Shown: piece after piece, positions 9,977 to 19,606 of the stretch
Position numbering within the stretch: the first letter of the stretch is position 1
Layout: each line of letters opens with the position of its first letter
Source: Candidatus Hydrogenedens sp.
GTDB taxonomy: Bacteria; Hydrogenedentota; Hydrogenedentia; Hydrogenedentales; JAEUWI01
Direction: 5' to 3'
Assembly (NCBI GenBank): GCA_016125095.1
Contig: WGMK01000010.1
Coordinates: 331,336 to 395,335, forward strand
Length of the DNA: 64,000 nt
The notes under the pieces: model-generated
What the model saw: the letters and a program-made list of their open reading frames with translations, nothing else
What the model was told of the DNA's origin: nothing
Database searches by the model: none
Made by a program: the position numbers and the translations under genes

Positions 9977-11128
9977 TCAAAATGCGGGAGTGTTGATGTA
10001 TCGGATAAGTGGTGTCGCCAGGCCCGGCTGCCAGCCCAACGCGCGCAGAAACATACGGACCGCGAGGGGATACCGGAGCAAGGTGGCCACCCCGCGGCAC
10101 ACCAATTGCCGCGAACCGACATGCCCGCGATAAACGTTGCGCCACTCTTGGAGCGGCAGGGGGACATCGTGCGATACCGCGTGTTCCACGAGCGGTGCTA
10201 CGGCGTATCCCGAGGTAAGCGCCCAGGCCATGCCTTCGCCGGTGAACGGCTCTATGTACCCGGCCGCGTCTCCCAGCACAAGCACGCGCTCTGCTCCTAG
10301 CACGGTGGCCCGCCGAGTCAGCGGCGGAGTGCCTTTCCATTTCGTGCTCGCTTCCACAGGTACAGGGGCGTACCCGGCGCTCATCAGAATCTTGTTCGCT
10401 GCATCGGCCGGCCCGTTGCACTCGCGCAGGAAACTTGGGTCAAAGGCGGCTGCCACGTCGATACGGCCTGCTTCAACCATCGCCGCGCCGACATAGCCGC
10501 CCACGGCAATCGCCATACGGATTACGCCAGGCTCTATCCGCACGGAACCCGCGGGCAACACTGTTCCTGCGCCTACGCGCGCGTCCGCCGCGATACGGGG
10601 TTCATGTCCCGCGCTGCGCAGGGTGCCGCCATGCAGGCCATCGGCCGCGAGCACCGTGCGCGCACGGACCGTTTTCTGGCCGTCGTCTGAATACAGCGTG
10701 ACGATACGGTGTCCGCCATCGACGTCTCCCAACACCGCCTTTGTACCGTCTACAAAACACCCGCCGGCGTCAATGACAGCTTCACTCATCAGGGTATCCA
10801 GCGCGGCGCGCGAAATGCTCAGCCCCGTCGGTACAGCGAGGCGGATTCTCTGATCCGTGGTCGCAAGTTCCAGCGCAGCCTGTGACACCGCGCCTGCCTG
10901 CACCACCGCGTCTCGCATGCCGAGCCGCATCAAAATATCAATGGCACGCTGATTCAGGCAGCCGCCGCATACCTTGTCGCGTGGAAAGCGTGCCCGCTCC
11001 ACAAGCAGAACGCGGAGATTCAATTGCGAAAGTCTGAGCGCTGCAGCAGTTCCCGCGAGACCTGCGCCGATAATCAGGCAGTCCCAAGGCTCGTCGTTGA
11101 GCAATTGGAAGTCGATGGCATTTTCCAT
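9977..11128 (-). CDS. FAD-dependent oxidoreductase (geranylgeranyl reductase/flavoprotein monooxygenase-like)
   Basis: IIGAGLAG; FPRDKVCGG; ADG; LGDAAGYIEPFTGEGM. Confidence 0.85.
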   Translation of the reverse strand: MENAIDFQLLNDEPWDCLIIGAGLAGTAAALRLSQLNLRVLLVERARFPRDKVCGGCLNQRAIDILMRLGMRDAVVQAGAVSQAALELATTDQRIRLAVPTGLSISRAALDTLMSEAVIDAGGCFVDGTKAVLGDVDGGHRIVTLYSDDGQKTVRARTVLAADGLHGGTLRSAGHEPRIAADARVGAGTVLPAGSVRIEPGVIRMAIAVGGYVGAAMVEAGRIDVAAAFDPSFLRECNGPADAANKILMSAGYAPVPVEASTKWKGTPPLTRRATVLGAERVLVLGDAAGYIEPFTGEGMAWALTSGYAVAPLVEHAVSHDVPLPLQEWRNVYRGHVGSRQLVCRGVATLLRYPLAVRMFLRALGWQPGLATPLIRYINTPAF

Positions 11129-11132
11129 CCTG

Positions 11133-11897
11133 CTATTCCGTGCTCCGGCGCCAGTCGAGCATGAAGCGCTCGGGCCAGCGGCGGCCCAGTTGCGCCGTGT
11201 GCATGCCCACCGCGTTCGCCATCTGGCGGATTTCCTGCATCGTGAACGCAGAACGCGCCGACAACACGGCGTCCACGTGCACCACGTACGAGCGGCTCAC
11301 GATCGGCGGCACGAGCCGCGCGAGCCAAAGACCCGCCTTCGAACGTACCAAGTCATTGACCAATACTCCCCTCCGGGCCCGCTTAAACATTTCTCCCAGC
11401 AAGGCGGTGGCCTGCGCTTCCGTCAAGTGATGCAGAAACAGCGAGCAGAGAATCACGTCAAAGCCCTCGGGCAGGCCATTGGCCAAGACGTCCCGCTGCA
11501 TCCAAATCACCTTGACTCGCTTCGATTCCGCCTCGCGCGCGGCAAAGCGAAGCGCCTGGGCACTGATATCCAGCCCAGTTACTTCGATCGCTGCGTTTGC
11601 GCGTCTGGCGAGACGCGCCACCCAGATCGAGGTTCCACCTCCCCCGCACGCCACATCCAATACCCGTAACGGTCGTTCAGGCTTATGACCGCGTGCCATT
11701 TCCAAAAGCGGCCGCCGAAAACCAAGCGACGCAAGGCTCAAGAGGTTGATGCGCCCCAAGCCCGTCAGCGCGGCAAAGTGATCCGATTCGGCCAGCCCCG
11801 GCTCGTCCATCAATTCGGGATCGAGTACTCGTTCCGGTAGGGTGAATATCGTTCTCGCTTTGAGCAACGCCAGTAGCTCCGATCGTGTTTTGTTCAA
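11133..11897 (-). CDS. Class I SAM-dependent methyltransferase of the type found next to type III PKS genes
   Basis: ELMDEP; VLDVACGGG motif I; FDVILCSLFLHHL; VNDLVRS; start uncertain (TTG). Confidence 0.82.
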   Translation of the reverse strand: MNKTRSELLALLKARTIFTLPERVLDPELMDEPGLAESDHFAALTGLGRINLLSLASLGFRRPLLEMARGHKPERPLRVLDVACGGGGTSIWVARLARRANAAIEVTGLDISAQALRFAAREAESKRVKVIWMQRDVLANGLPEGFDVILCSLFLHHLTEAQATALLGEMFKRARRGVLVNDLVRSKAGLWLARLVPPIVSRSYVVHVDAVLSARSAFTMQEIRQMANAVGMHTAQLGRRWPERFMLDWRRSTE

Positions 11898-12259
11898 CTT
11901 ATAGTGGACAACACATCGTCAGCCTGATTAATTCTTGCGTCAGGAATTTTTTGTTGGGGGTGTTTGGTGGTGGATGAAGATGTCGACCCGCTCTGGCGAG
12001 GTATTGCCGCTGCGGAGACGCAAGCTGCTGCGGTGTGCGCCGATGCAAAAAGGCGGTGCGAAGCAACGTGGCGCACGGAACGTGCTTGGTAGCGACCGAA
12101 GGCAAGCAGGCATCTGAGGTTGGAGGCCCAGACCTGCGTGGGGTCTTCCGCTCTGAATTCCATTAAGCAGAAGAGCATCCGTTCTTTGCACGCCGCAAAG
12201 GGGGGCCCCTGAGGCCGTAAGCTTCAAAGAGAGCCTATGCCAAAGCGCAAAGAAAAAGG

Positions 12260-12346
12260 TGGTAGCGGCACTCGGGGTCGAACCGAGACGGGGTTGCCCC
12301 CACTGGATTTTGAGTCCAGCGCGTCTGCCAATTCCGCCATGCCGCC
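12260..12346 (-). tRNA. tRNA-Leu(CAA)
   Basis: GGCGGCA/TGCCGCT acceptor stem + A-CCA; D arm GCGGAATTGGCAGACGC; anticodon arm CTGGA-CTCAAAA-TCCAG; long variable arm; T loop TTCGACC. Confidence 0.97.
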
Positions 12347-12761
12347 GCGATGGGAGCGGAAGTATAGCTTAGTAATCCCGAGGTTTCCAAGGTGTGGGAT
12401 GCTGCGGGTGCATCTGATGTGGATCGGGGCGGAAATAAAAGTGCCCCGTCTCGGGGAGGAGTCGAGACGGGGCGAAGCGAAGAAGGGATTTTTTCGCTTT
12501 TTGAGGCCACCGCGGCATAACGGGCCGCGGGACCTCTAAATTATTTTTTCGGCGCCCGGTCGGCAAGGGCTCGGACGGGCTTGACCTGGTGTTCGGGCCG
12601 CCTCACCAGGAGAGGCGTTGGGCTTTTGCCTGGAGTCGAGTTGTGGCATAGGTCGCTTGGCGGGAGGGAGGCCGCGCAAGGAGTGTAGAAGGGATCCGAA
12701 CGGATTCGCCTTCCGGGCGCCGGAAAAAACGGATTCAACTATCTTCAGCGGTCAGCGCGTG

Positions 12762-12944
12762 TCAGCGCGATCGGTACGTGTGGGCCAGGGCGGAGAGCTG
12801 CTCGAGAGAAAGCCCGGCGTGCCAGTTATTGCTCAGGCCGGCCGCGTGCGCTTCCGCGTTGTACGCGTACTGCGCCATCAGACGCGTTCCGGCGTCCTGG
12901 GGGGCGGGGCTAAGCATTACTGGGGTCGTCGTGCGGGCTTCCAT
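12762..12944 (-). CDS. Putative small hypothetical protein (60 aa)
   Basis: ATG 12944 preceded by AAGGAGAGCAGAGG; most plausible ORF in an approximately 1 kb gap; no recognisable family. Confidence 0.4.
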   Translation of the reverse strand: MEARTTTPVMLSPAPQDAGTRLMAQYAYNAEAHAAGLSNNWHAGLSLEQLSALAHTYRSR

Positions 12945-13154
12945 CCTCTGCTCTCCTTGGGGTTGGCGGCGGCTGCTTCCGGTCGGTCTTGCGTTGCGTC
13001 GGGCGGCGGCGCTGGGCGACGTGGGGTTCGCCCAGCGTCCGCACACCCAGGGGGGAGATTCACAACGCAATCACGATTGTCCTGAACGCAGCCTCCTCTT
13101 GTTTCGGGTTGCTTTTTCAACTGTGCTGTCGCTACCGCGCCAGCGACAGGCTAA

Positions 13155-13172
13155 TAGCAGCGCCCGTGCCAA
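13155..13172 (-). promoter_or_regulatory. Candidate sigma-54 (-24/-12) promoter
   Basis: Minus strand TTGGCACGGGCGCTGCTA matches TGGCAC-N5-(T)TGCW with exact GG-N10-GC spacing and points toward the small ORF. Confidence 0.45.
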
Positions 13173-13381
13173 CTTTGGAAAATTTGGGGAATTCCCAACA
13201 AAATGGAGGTTTTGGGCTCGCTGGTCGTGCCAACTTGGCACGGAACCGGCACAAAACAACCTACCGGCGGGTGTGCGAGATAGGCAACATTACCAAAATG
13301 TAGGATTGGTGGCTGCGTGCAGGGTTTGCATGGGCAGGCAGGGATCTCCCGACGGGGAGTCCATGCATACTTCAGGGGGGA

Positions 13382-13957
13382 CTAGAGCACCAAATCGTCG
13401 GGTTCGGACACGGGAATGGCCGCAAGCGTGGGCGGAAGGGATTCCGCGTCGTAGGTTTCCAGCGTGAGGGTGGCGAGGGGATGGAAGGGTACGTCGAATT
13501 CGGCCTGTCCGCCACTGCGATCGATCAGCGCGGCCACGGCAACGATGTCCGCGCCGCGGGCACGGAGGTGGTCGATGCTCTTCTTTACGGAGCCGCCCGT
13601 GGTGATGATGTCCTCGACGACGAGCACCCGCGTGCCGGGTTCGAGCCGGAAGCCGCGCTTGAGCGCCATCGTTCCGTCGGGCTCCTTCTCCGTGAAGGCG
13701 GCCCGGCAGCCGAGGTGCCGCGCGGTTTCGTAGGAAAGAATGATGCCGCCCGTGGCGGGACCAACGACCAGCTGGATCCCGGCATCCTGAAACGATTCGG
13801 CCATGGCCTTGCAGAGCGCTTCGGTCTGTTCGGGAAACTGCAGCACACGCGAGGCCTGCAGAAAGCGCGAGCCGTGCCGGCCGCTGGCATAAATAAAATG
13901 TCCGTTCAGCAGGGCGCCGGTCTGTTCGAAGAGCGCGAGTACTTGCTGGGTGTCCAT
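13382..13957 (-). CDS. pyrE: Orotate phosphoribosyltransferase
   Basis: GHF..ASGRH; PRPP motif VLVVEDIITTGGS; downstream of pyrD-pyrF. Confidence 0.95.
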   Translation of the reverse strand: MDTQQVLALFEQTGALLNGHFIYASGRHGSRFLQASRVLQFPEQTEALCKAMAESFQDAGIQLVVGPATGGIILSYETARHLGCRAAFTEKEPDGTMALKRGFRLEPGTRVLVVEDIITTGGSVKKSIDHLRARGADIVAVAALIDRSGGQAEFDVPFHPLATLTLETYDAESLPPTLAAIPVSEPDDLVL

Positions 13958-13997
13958 GGCAGGATATCCTTTAGCGAGGCATGTTCCGGAGACCGGC

Positions 13998-14687
13998 CTA
14001 GTTCAGTTCGTCTTGAATCAAATCCACGGCCTCGGCCGGGTTTTCGTGTCCGAGTATCGGCCGGCCTACCACGATGTAGTCGGCACCGGCGGCGCGGGCG
14101 TCGGCCGGGGTCATGATGCGCGCCTGGTCGTTGGCGGCCGCCCAGGCCGGACGGATGCCGGGCGTGACGATGAGCGCGTCGGGCCCGACGGCCTCGCGCA
14201 CGGCGGTAATCTCGAGCGGAGAGCAGACGATGCCGTGCGCGCCGGAATCGACGGCCAGACTAGCCAGACGCCGCACGGCCTGCTCGGGCGTTTCGGGCAT
14301 GCCGACTTCGCCGCGCAGGGCTGCTTCACTGATGCTGGTCAATACTGTCACCGCGAGGATACGCGTGTTCGTGCCCTCGGCCGCCTCGCGCGCGGCGGCA
14401 ATCATGGCGCGTCCGCCGCTGGCGTGGATGGTCAACAGCCCGGCATCCAGCGCGATGCTCGATTCCACGGCGTGCTTCACGGTGTTGGGAATGTCGTGGA
14501 ACTTGAGGTCGAGAAAGAGCTGCTTGCCGGCCTGACGCACCGCATGGGCGATATCGGGGCCGTAGCGCGTGTAGAGCTGCAGGCCCACCTTGAACCAGGC
14601 GCAGCGCCCGCAGCGTTCCACGGCGGCCAATGCCTCCTCGCGCGTGGGCACGTCGAGGGCGGTAATTAGTTCGGTCTGGCGGCTCAT
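13998..14687 (-). CDS. pyrF: Orotidine-5'-phosphate decarboxylase
   Basis: ALD; FKVG; LFLDLKFHDIPNTV; AVTVLTS; VTPGIRP; VVGRPI; ATGA overlap with pyrD. Confidence 0.96.
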   Translation of the reverse strand: MSRQTELITALDVPTREEALAAVERCGRCAWFKVGLQLYTRYGPDIAHAVRQAGKQLFLDLKFHDIPNTVKHAVESSIALDAGLLTIHASGGRAMIAAAREAAEGTNTRILAVTVLTSISEAALRGEVGMPETPEQAVRRLASLAVDSGAHGIVCSPLEITAVREAVGPDALIVTPGIRPAWAAANDQARIMTPADARAAGADYIVVGRPILGHENPAEAVDLIQDELN

Positions 14688-15745
14688 AGCGCGGCTCCCG
14701 TGGCTTCTTGGATAGTGGCGATGCCCTCGGCTTCGAGGCGTTCGAGCAGACCGGCGTTGATGTCGCGCACGAGCCCCGGCCCCTTGTAGATCATGCCCGT
14801 ATAGACCTGCACCAGCGATGCGCCGTGAACAATGCGGCGCCAGGCCTCGTCGGCACTGTCGATGCCGCCGACGCTGATCAGGGTCGTCTTCCCGTAGAGC
14901 TCTGCGGCAATGGCCTGAAACACGGCAAAGCTGCGCTCCGTCAGCACGCGTCCGCTCAGGCCGCCGAAGTCTTTCGCGCCTGGGCAGAGCGCGTAGTCCA
15001 CCGTCGTATTCGTCGCGATGATGCCCGCCGCGCCTGCGTCTACTGCCGCACGGCACAGGCCGACGATGGTGTCGGGCTCGGCATCGGGCGAAACTTTGAG
15101 CAATACCGGCGCCTGGGTCAGCGGCAGGCAGGCCCCGAAGACTTCCGCGATGAAGGCCTCGTTCAGCAGGCCGCGCAGCCCCGGCGTGTTCGGGCTGGAG
15201 ATGTTGATGACAAAGTAATCGCAGAGCCCGTCGAGCCCCTGAATCAGCTTGGTGTAGTCCGATACGGCGTCGGCCTCGGGCGTGTCTTTGTTCTTGCCCA
15301 GGTTGATGCCGATGGGTATGCCCGCCGGGTAGGTCCGCTGCAGGCGGGCGCGCACGGCATCGAGTCCGTCGTTGTTGAAGCCCATCGCGTTCTGCAGCGT
15401 CTCCTGCGCCGGATGGCGGTACACGCGCGGCTTCGGGTTGCCGGGCTGCGGGCGCGGGGTGACGGCGCCCAGCTCGGCGTGTCCGAATCCGAGCAGCGGC
15501 CAGGCGCGCACCAGCGTGGCGTTCTTGTCGTAGCCTGCCGCCAGCCCCACGGGGTTGGGAAACTGCAGGCCAAGGCAGTCCACGGCCAGCCTCGGATCGG
15601 CCAGGCAGAACTCCGAGCGCAGGATGGCCGGACCAAAGGGGGCGAGCGCCGCGGCGCGCAGGGCGGCGCTGGCGGCGGCGTGCGCCTGTTCGGGCTCCAA
15701 CTGGAATAGCGCGGGTTTGAGCAGCGGATACAGGAGGCGGTGCAT
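14684..15745 (-). CDS. pyrD: Quinone-dependent dihydroorotate dehydrogenase (class 2)
   Basis: NPVGLAAGYDKN; NAMGFNN; GINLGKNK; INISSPNTPGLR; GGLSG; SVGGI. Confidence 0.96.
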   Translation of the reverse strand: MHRLLYPLLKPALFQLEPEQAHAAASAALRAAALAPFGPAILRSEFCLADPRLAVDCLGLQFPNPVGLAAGYDKNATLVRAWPLLGFGHAELGAVTPRPQPGNPKPRVYRHPAQETLQNAMGFNNDGLDAVRARLQRTYPAGIPIGINLGKNKDTPEADAVSDYTKLIQGLDGLCDYFVINISSPNTPGLRGLLNEAFIAEVFGACLPLTQAPVLLKVSPDAEPDTIVGLCRAAVDAGAAGIIATNTTVDYALCPGAKDFGGLSGRVLTERSFAVFQAIAAELYGKTTLISVGGIDSADEAWRRIVHGASLVQVYTGMIYKGPGLVRDINAGLLERLEAEGIATIQEATGAAL

Positions 15746-15751
15746 GGGCCC

Positions 15752-16831
15752 CTACATGCGCGAGCGCTGCACGTGCTGGTTGCGCAGCAGCTCGAGACTC
15801 ACGCGCACGCGTTCGGCGAGCACCTCGCCGATGCCGTCCACTTCCACGAGGTCGTCCTTCGGGGCGCGCACAATCATCTGCAGGGTGCCGAAGCGCTGCA
15901 CGAGGTTTTCGATGATGGCGTTCGGCAGGCGGTGGGTGGCGGCGAGCACACGGTAGCCGCGCGGCGCGAGATAGGTATCCACCGCGCGGATGTTGCTGCC
16001 GAAGCCCAGCGCGTGGCTGATACTTTCCAGGTTCAGCAGGTCTTCCTGCGAAATCTGGCGGATCCGGTCCATCACCGTGTCCAGGTTCACGCCGGACTTC
16101 GTGCTGTAGTAATCCTTCACCACCAGCTGGCACTGCTCGATGGGCTGCATGAGTTCTTCCAGCTGCAGCTCGATCAGGCGGCCCTCGGTGCCGAGCTCGA
16201 CGATGATGGGCTCGATTTCCTTGGCGATGCGCACCACCATCTCGGTGCGCTGAATGGCCCGGCACACGTCGAAGATCGTGACGATGTCCTGGAACTCGCG
16301 CGTCGTCAGCTCGGTCATGGCCTGCTGCAGCACGGTCATGTACTTCTCGAGCGTCTGGATGGCCTGCATGCCCTTGTTCACCAGCGAGGGGATCTCGTCC
16401 ATCACGTGGCGGATTTCGTGCACATAGACGGTGACCGCGCTGCGGCGCTGCGAGACCGCGATGACCATGGCCTTGGCCTGGTTCGCGAGGCGCTGCGCGG
16501 TGCGGTGGCGGGTGCCGGTCTCTTCGGAATGGATGTTCGCGTCGGGCTTGAGGAAGCGGTTGGCGTAGAGGATGCGGTCGCCCTTGGGGGTGAGGATGAT
16601 GGCGCCGTCCATCTTGGCGAGTTCATACAGCAACTGCGGCGTTACGCGCTCGTCCAGCTGCACGCCGCCTTCCGAAAGGCTGGCGAGCTTCTTCATCGGC
16701 CCGATACAGATGAGTGCGCCGGTGCCGCTCTGCAGAATCGCGGAAATGCCCTCGCGTATGATCGTGCCGGGCGCGATCATCTGCAACGCCTCGCGGAAAG
16801 CCTCGTCGGTGGATTTCGTTTTCGCCGCCAC
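15752..16831 (-). CDS. disA: DNA integrity scanning diadenylate cyclase
   Basis: DAC motifs ELAKMDGA and ETGTRHRTA; linker; C-terminal HhH (VDGIG); abuts radA. Confidence 0.95.
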   Translation of the reverse strand: MAAKTKSTDEAFREALQMIAPGTIIREGISAILQSGTGALICIGPMKKLASLSEGGVQLDERVTPQLLYELAKMDGAIILTPKGDRILYANRFLKPDANIHSEETGTRHRTAQRLANQAKAMVIAVSQRRSAVTVYVHEIRHVMDEIPSLVNKGMQAIQTLEKYMTVLQQAMTELTTREFQDIVTIFDVCRAIQRTEMVVRIAKEIEPIIVELGTEGRLIELQLEELMQPIEQCQLVVKDYYSTKSGVNLDTVMDRIRQISQEDLLNLESISHALGFGSNIRAVDTYLAPRGYRVLAATHRLPNAIIENLVQRFGTLQMIVRAPKDDLVEVDGIGEVLAERVRVSLELLRNQHVQRSRM

Positions 16832-18196
16832 TTAGTACGCCTCCATGCCGGATTCCAGGGCGCGCTCCAGACTGTCCACCGCATGCGCGGTTTCGAGCAC
16901 CCCGCCCGCGTCGCGGGCGCACCCCTTGGGCAGTATACATTGTTTGAAGCCGAATTTCGCGGCCTCGGCCACCCGCTGCCGGGCCATGGACACGGAGCGT
17001 ATTTCGCCGGAAAGCCCGACCTCGCCGAAGGCGACCAGGTCAGAAAAGGCGGGGGATTCGCGGAAGCTCGACACCAGGGCCAGCGCGATGGCGAGGTCTG
17101 CGGCGGGTTCGTCCAGCCGCACGCCGCCGGCCACATTGACGAAGACATCGCGGTCGGAGAAGTGCAGCCCCGCGCGCTTTTCCAGCACGGCCAGCAACAG
17201 CGATACGCGGTTCTGGTTCACGCCGGTCACGGTGCGCCGGGGCGAGCCCGCGTGCGATTCACCCACTAGCGCCTGCACTTCCACCAGCAGGGGGCGGGTG
17301 CCCTCGATGCTGGGGAACACCACCGAGCCGCTGATGCCCTCGGGCCGCTCGTGCAGGAACAGGGCGCTGGGGTTGGGTACTTCGTGCAGGCCCGAGCCGC
17401 GCATTTCAAACACGCCGATCTCGTTGGTCGATCCGAAGCGGTTCTTCACCGCGCGGAGGATGCGGAGCGATTGCCGGCCCTCGCCCTCGAAATACAGCAC
17501 GGCATCGACCAGGTGCTCGAGCAGGCGCGGCCCGGCGATGGCCCCGTCCTTCGTGACATGGCCCACCAGCATGATGCCGACGTTCTGGCCCTTGGCCAGC
17601 CGCAGCAGCTCATTGGCGCATTCGCGCACCTGGCTGATGCTGCCCGGCACCGCGGGCACCTGGGGACTGTACACCGCCTGAATCGAATCGACCACGACGA
17701 GTCTGTAGTCGCCTTCGCGGATATGGCGGGCCACCGATTCGATATTCGTCTCGGTGAGCATCATGAGGTGGTCGTGCATGGCGCCAAGGCGCTCGGCGCG
17801 CAGCCGGGCCTGGCTGAAGGATTCTTCGCCGGAAACATAGAGCACCGGGCCATGCTGCGCGGCCAGCCGCTGGGAGACTTGCAGCATCATGGTGGACTTG
17901 CCGATGCCGGGGTCGCCGCCGATGAGGGTGAGCGAGCCGGGCACCAGGCCGCCCCCGAGCACTCGGTCGAATTCGTGGATGCTGGTGCGGATGCGCTCGG
18001 GCGGAGCGAGCGTGCCATCGGTAATCGGCACGGGCTTCGCATTGGACACAATGGCGGGCCGTTCGTGGGCGCCCGACTCCGCTTGCACGTCCTCTTCCAG
18101 CGTGTTCCACGATCCGCACGCGCCGCACTTGCCGCTCCACTTGGGGGCGATAGCGCCGCAATCGCTGCAGATGTATACCGTGGTGAGCTTGGCCAT
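16832..18196 (-). CDS. radA: DNA repair protein RadA/Sms
   Basis: C4 zinc finger CSDCG..CGACG; GDPGIGKST; KNRFG; C-terminal Lon-like domain; start moved to ATG 18196. Confidence 0.97.
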   Translation of the reverse strand: MAKLTTVYICSDCGAIAPKWSGKCGACGSWNTLEEDVQAESGAHERPAIVSNAKPVPITDGTLAPPERIRTSIHEFDRVLGGGLVPGSLTLIGGDPGIGKSTMMLQVSQRLAAQHGPVLYVSGEESFSQARLRAERLGAMHDHLMMLTETNIESVARHIREGDYRLVVVDSIQAVYSPQVPAVPGSISQVRECANELLRLAKGQNVGIMLVGHVTKDGAIAGPRLLEHLVDAVLYFEGEGRQSLRILRAVKNRFGSTNEIGVFEMRGSGLHEVPNPSALFLHERPEGISGSVVFPSIEGTRPLLVEVQALVGESHAGSPRRTVTGVNQNRVSLLLAVLEKRAGLHFSDRDVFVNVAGGVRLDEPAADLAIALALVSSFRESPAFSDLVAFGEVGLSGEIRSVSMARQRVAEAAKFGFKQCILPKGCARDAGGVLETAHAVDSLERALESGMEAY

Positions 18197-18335
18197 GAAC
18201 CCGATTCCTGTCCGGCCGAGCAGGGTAACAGAGCCGCGCGGATCCGGGCAACGGTACGCATGGTTCGGTGAGAATCGGGCAGCGTACATGCTATGCTCCT
18301 CCGCCTGTATCTACCCGCAACCGAAAGGCTGAACC

Positions 18336-19586
18336 ATGTCCCAAGCTGCGTTTCTATCCGCCGAGCAAGCTGCCGCGCTGGCCGAATCCTTCGGCACGCC
18401 GGTGTTCGTTTACAGCGAGGCGGAGCTGTTGAAACGGGCGGAACAGGCGCTGTCGTTTCCCTGCCGCCACGGGCTGACCGTGCGCTACGCGATGAAGGCG
18501 CTGCCGACGGCGGCCATCCTGCGGCTGTTCGACGCGCAGGGCATCCACATCGATGCAAGCAGCGGCTACGAGGCAGAGCGCGCCATGCGCGCCGGAATCG
18601 CGCCGGACCATATTCAGCTGACCGCGCAGGAAATGCCGTCGAACCTGGCGGACCTGCTGGAGCAGGGCGTGCTGTTCAACGCGTGCTCGCTGCGGCAATT
18701 GGCCCGCTACGGCGAACTGCGTCCGGGCAGCGAAGTATCCGTGCGCATCAATCCGGGCCTGGGCTCGGGGCATAGCCAGCGCACCAACGTGGGGGGGCCG
18801 TCCTCGTCGTTCGGCATCTGGCACGAGCACCTCGATACCGTGAAGTCGGTGGCGGAGCAGCACGGCCTGCGGATTACCGGCATGCACACGCACATCGGCA
18901 GCGGCTCCGACCCCGAGACCTGGGTGAAGTGCGCGCAGCTCGGTATCGGCATTGCGGCGCAATTGCCGGACGTGACGCGCCTGAGCCTGGGCGGCGGCTA
19001 CAAGATCGCCCGCATGCCCGACGAGAGCCCGGCCGACCTGCGGGCCATCGGCGCGCGCATGCTGTCGGAGTTCGAACTCTTCGAGCAGCGGCAGGGCCGC
19101 AAGCTCCACCTGGAAATCGAGCCGGGTACCTTCCTGGTGGCGAATGCCGGGGCGCTGATTTCCACCGTCATCGACGTGGTGGACACGGGCGCGCAGGGCA
19201 TGAACTTCATCAAGCTCGATACGGGCATGAGCGATATCCTGCGTCCGAGTATGTACGGCGCGCAGCATCCGATTACCTTCTTCGCCGCGGACGGCGGGGA
19301 GCGCCCCGAAGCGAGCTGCATGGTGGTGGGGCATTGCTGCGAGAGCGGCGATATCCTCACCCCCGAGCGCGGCAACCCCGAGGCGCTCGCCCCGCGCATG
19401 CTGCCGCTGCCCGAGCCGGGCGACCTCGCGGTGATTGATGGCGCGGGCGCGTATTGCGCTTCGATGGCGGCGCGCAATTACAACAGCTTTCCGGAATCGG
19501 CCGAGGTGCTGCTCGGCACCGATGGAACGCCCCGGCTCATCCGCAAGCGCCAGACGCTCGATCAGTTCCTGGTCAACGAGGTATAA
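18336..19586 (+). CDS. lysA: Diaminopimelate decarboxylase
   Basis: YAMKA PLP lysine; HIGSG; LGGG; EPG; CESGD; GAY..SMA..NYNS. Confidence 0.93.
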   Translation: MSQAAFLSAEQAAALAESFGTPVFVYSEAELLKRAEQALSFPCRHGLTVRYAMKALPTAAILRLFDAQGIHIDASSGYEAERAMRAGIAPDHIQLTAQEMPSNLADLLEQGVLFNACSLRQLARYGELRPGSEVSVRINPGLGSGHSQRTNVGGPSSSFGIWHEHLDTVKSVAEQHGLRITGMHTHIGSGSDPETWVKCAQLGIGIAAQLPDVTRLSLGGGYKIARMPDESPADLRAIGARMLSEFELFEQRQGRKLHLEIEPGTFLVANAGALISTVIDVVDTGAQGMNFIKLDTGMSDILRPSMYGAQHPITFFAADGGERPEASCMVVGHCCESGDILTPERGNPEALAPRMLPLPEPGDLAVIDGAGAYCASMAARNYNSFPESAEVLLGTDGTPRLIRKRQTLDQFLVNEV

Positions 19587-19606
19587 CCGGTCCAGGAGGA
19601 TCACCC

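Noticed and set aside
13998..16265. Apparent 755-aa PyrF fusion (similarly extended lutB, lutC, czcB, atpE and atpF ORFs)
   Set aside because: The N-terminal extensions are out-of-frame read-through of upstream genes; real starts lie at the operon junctions.
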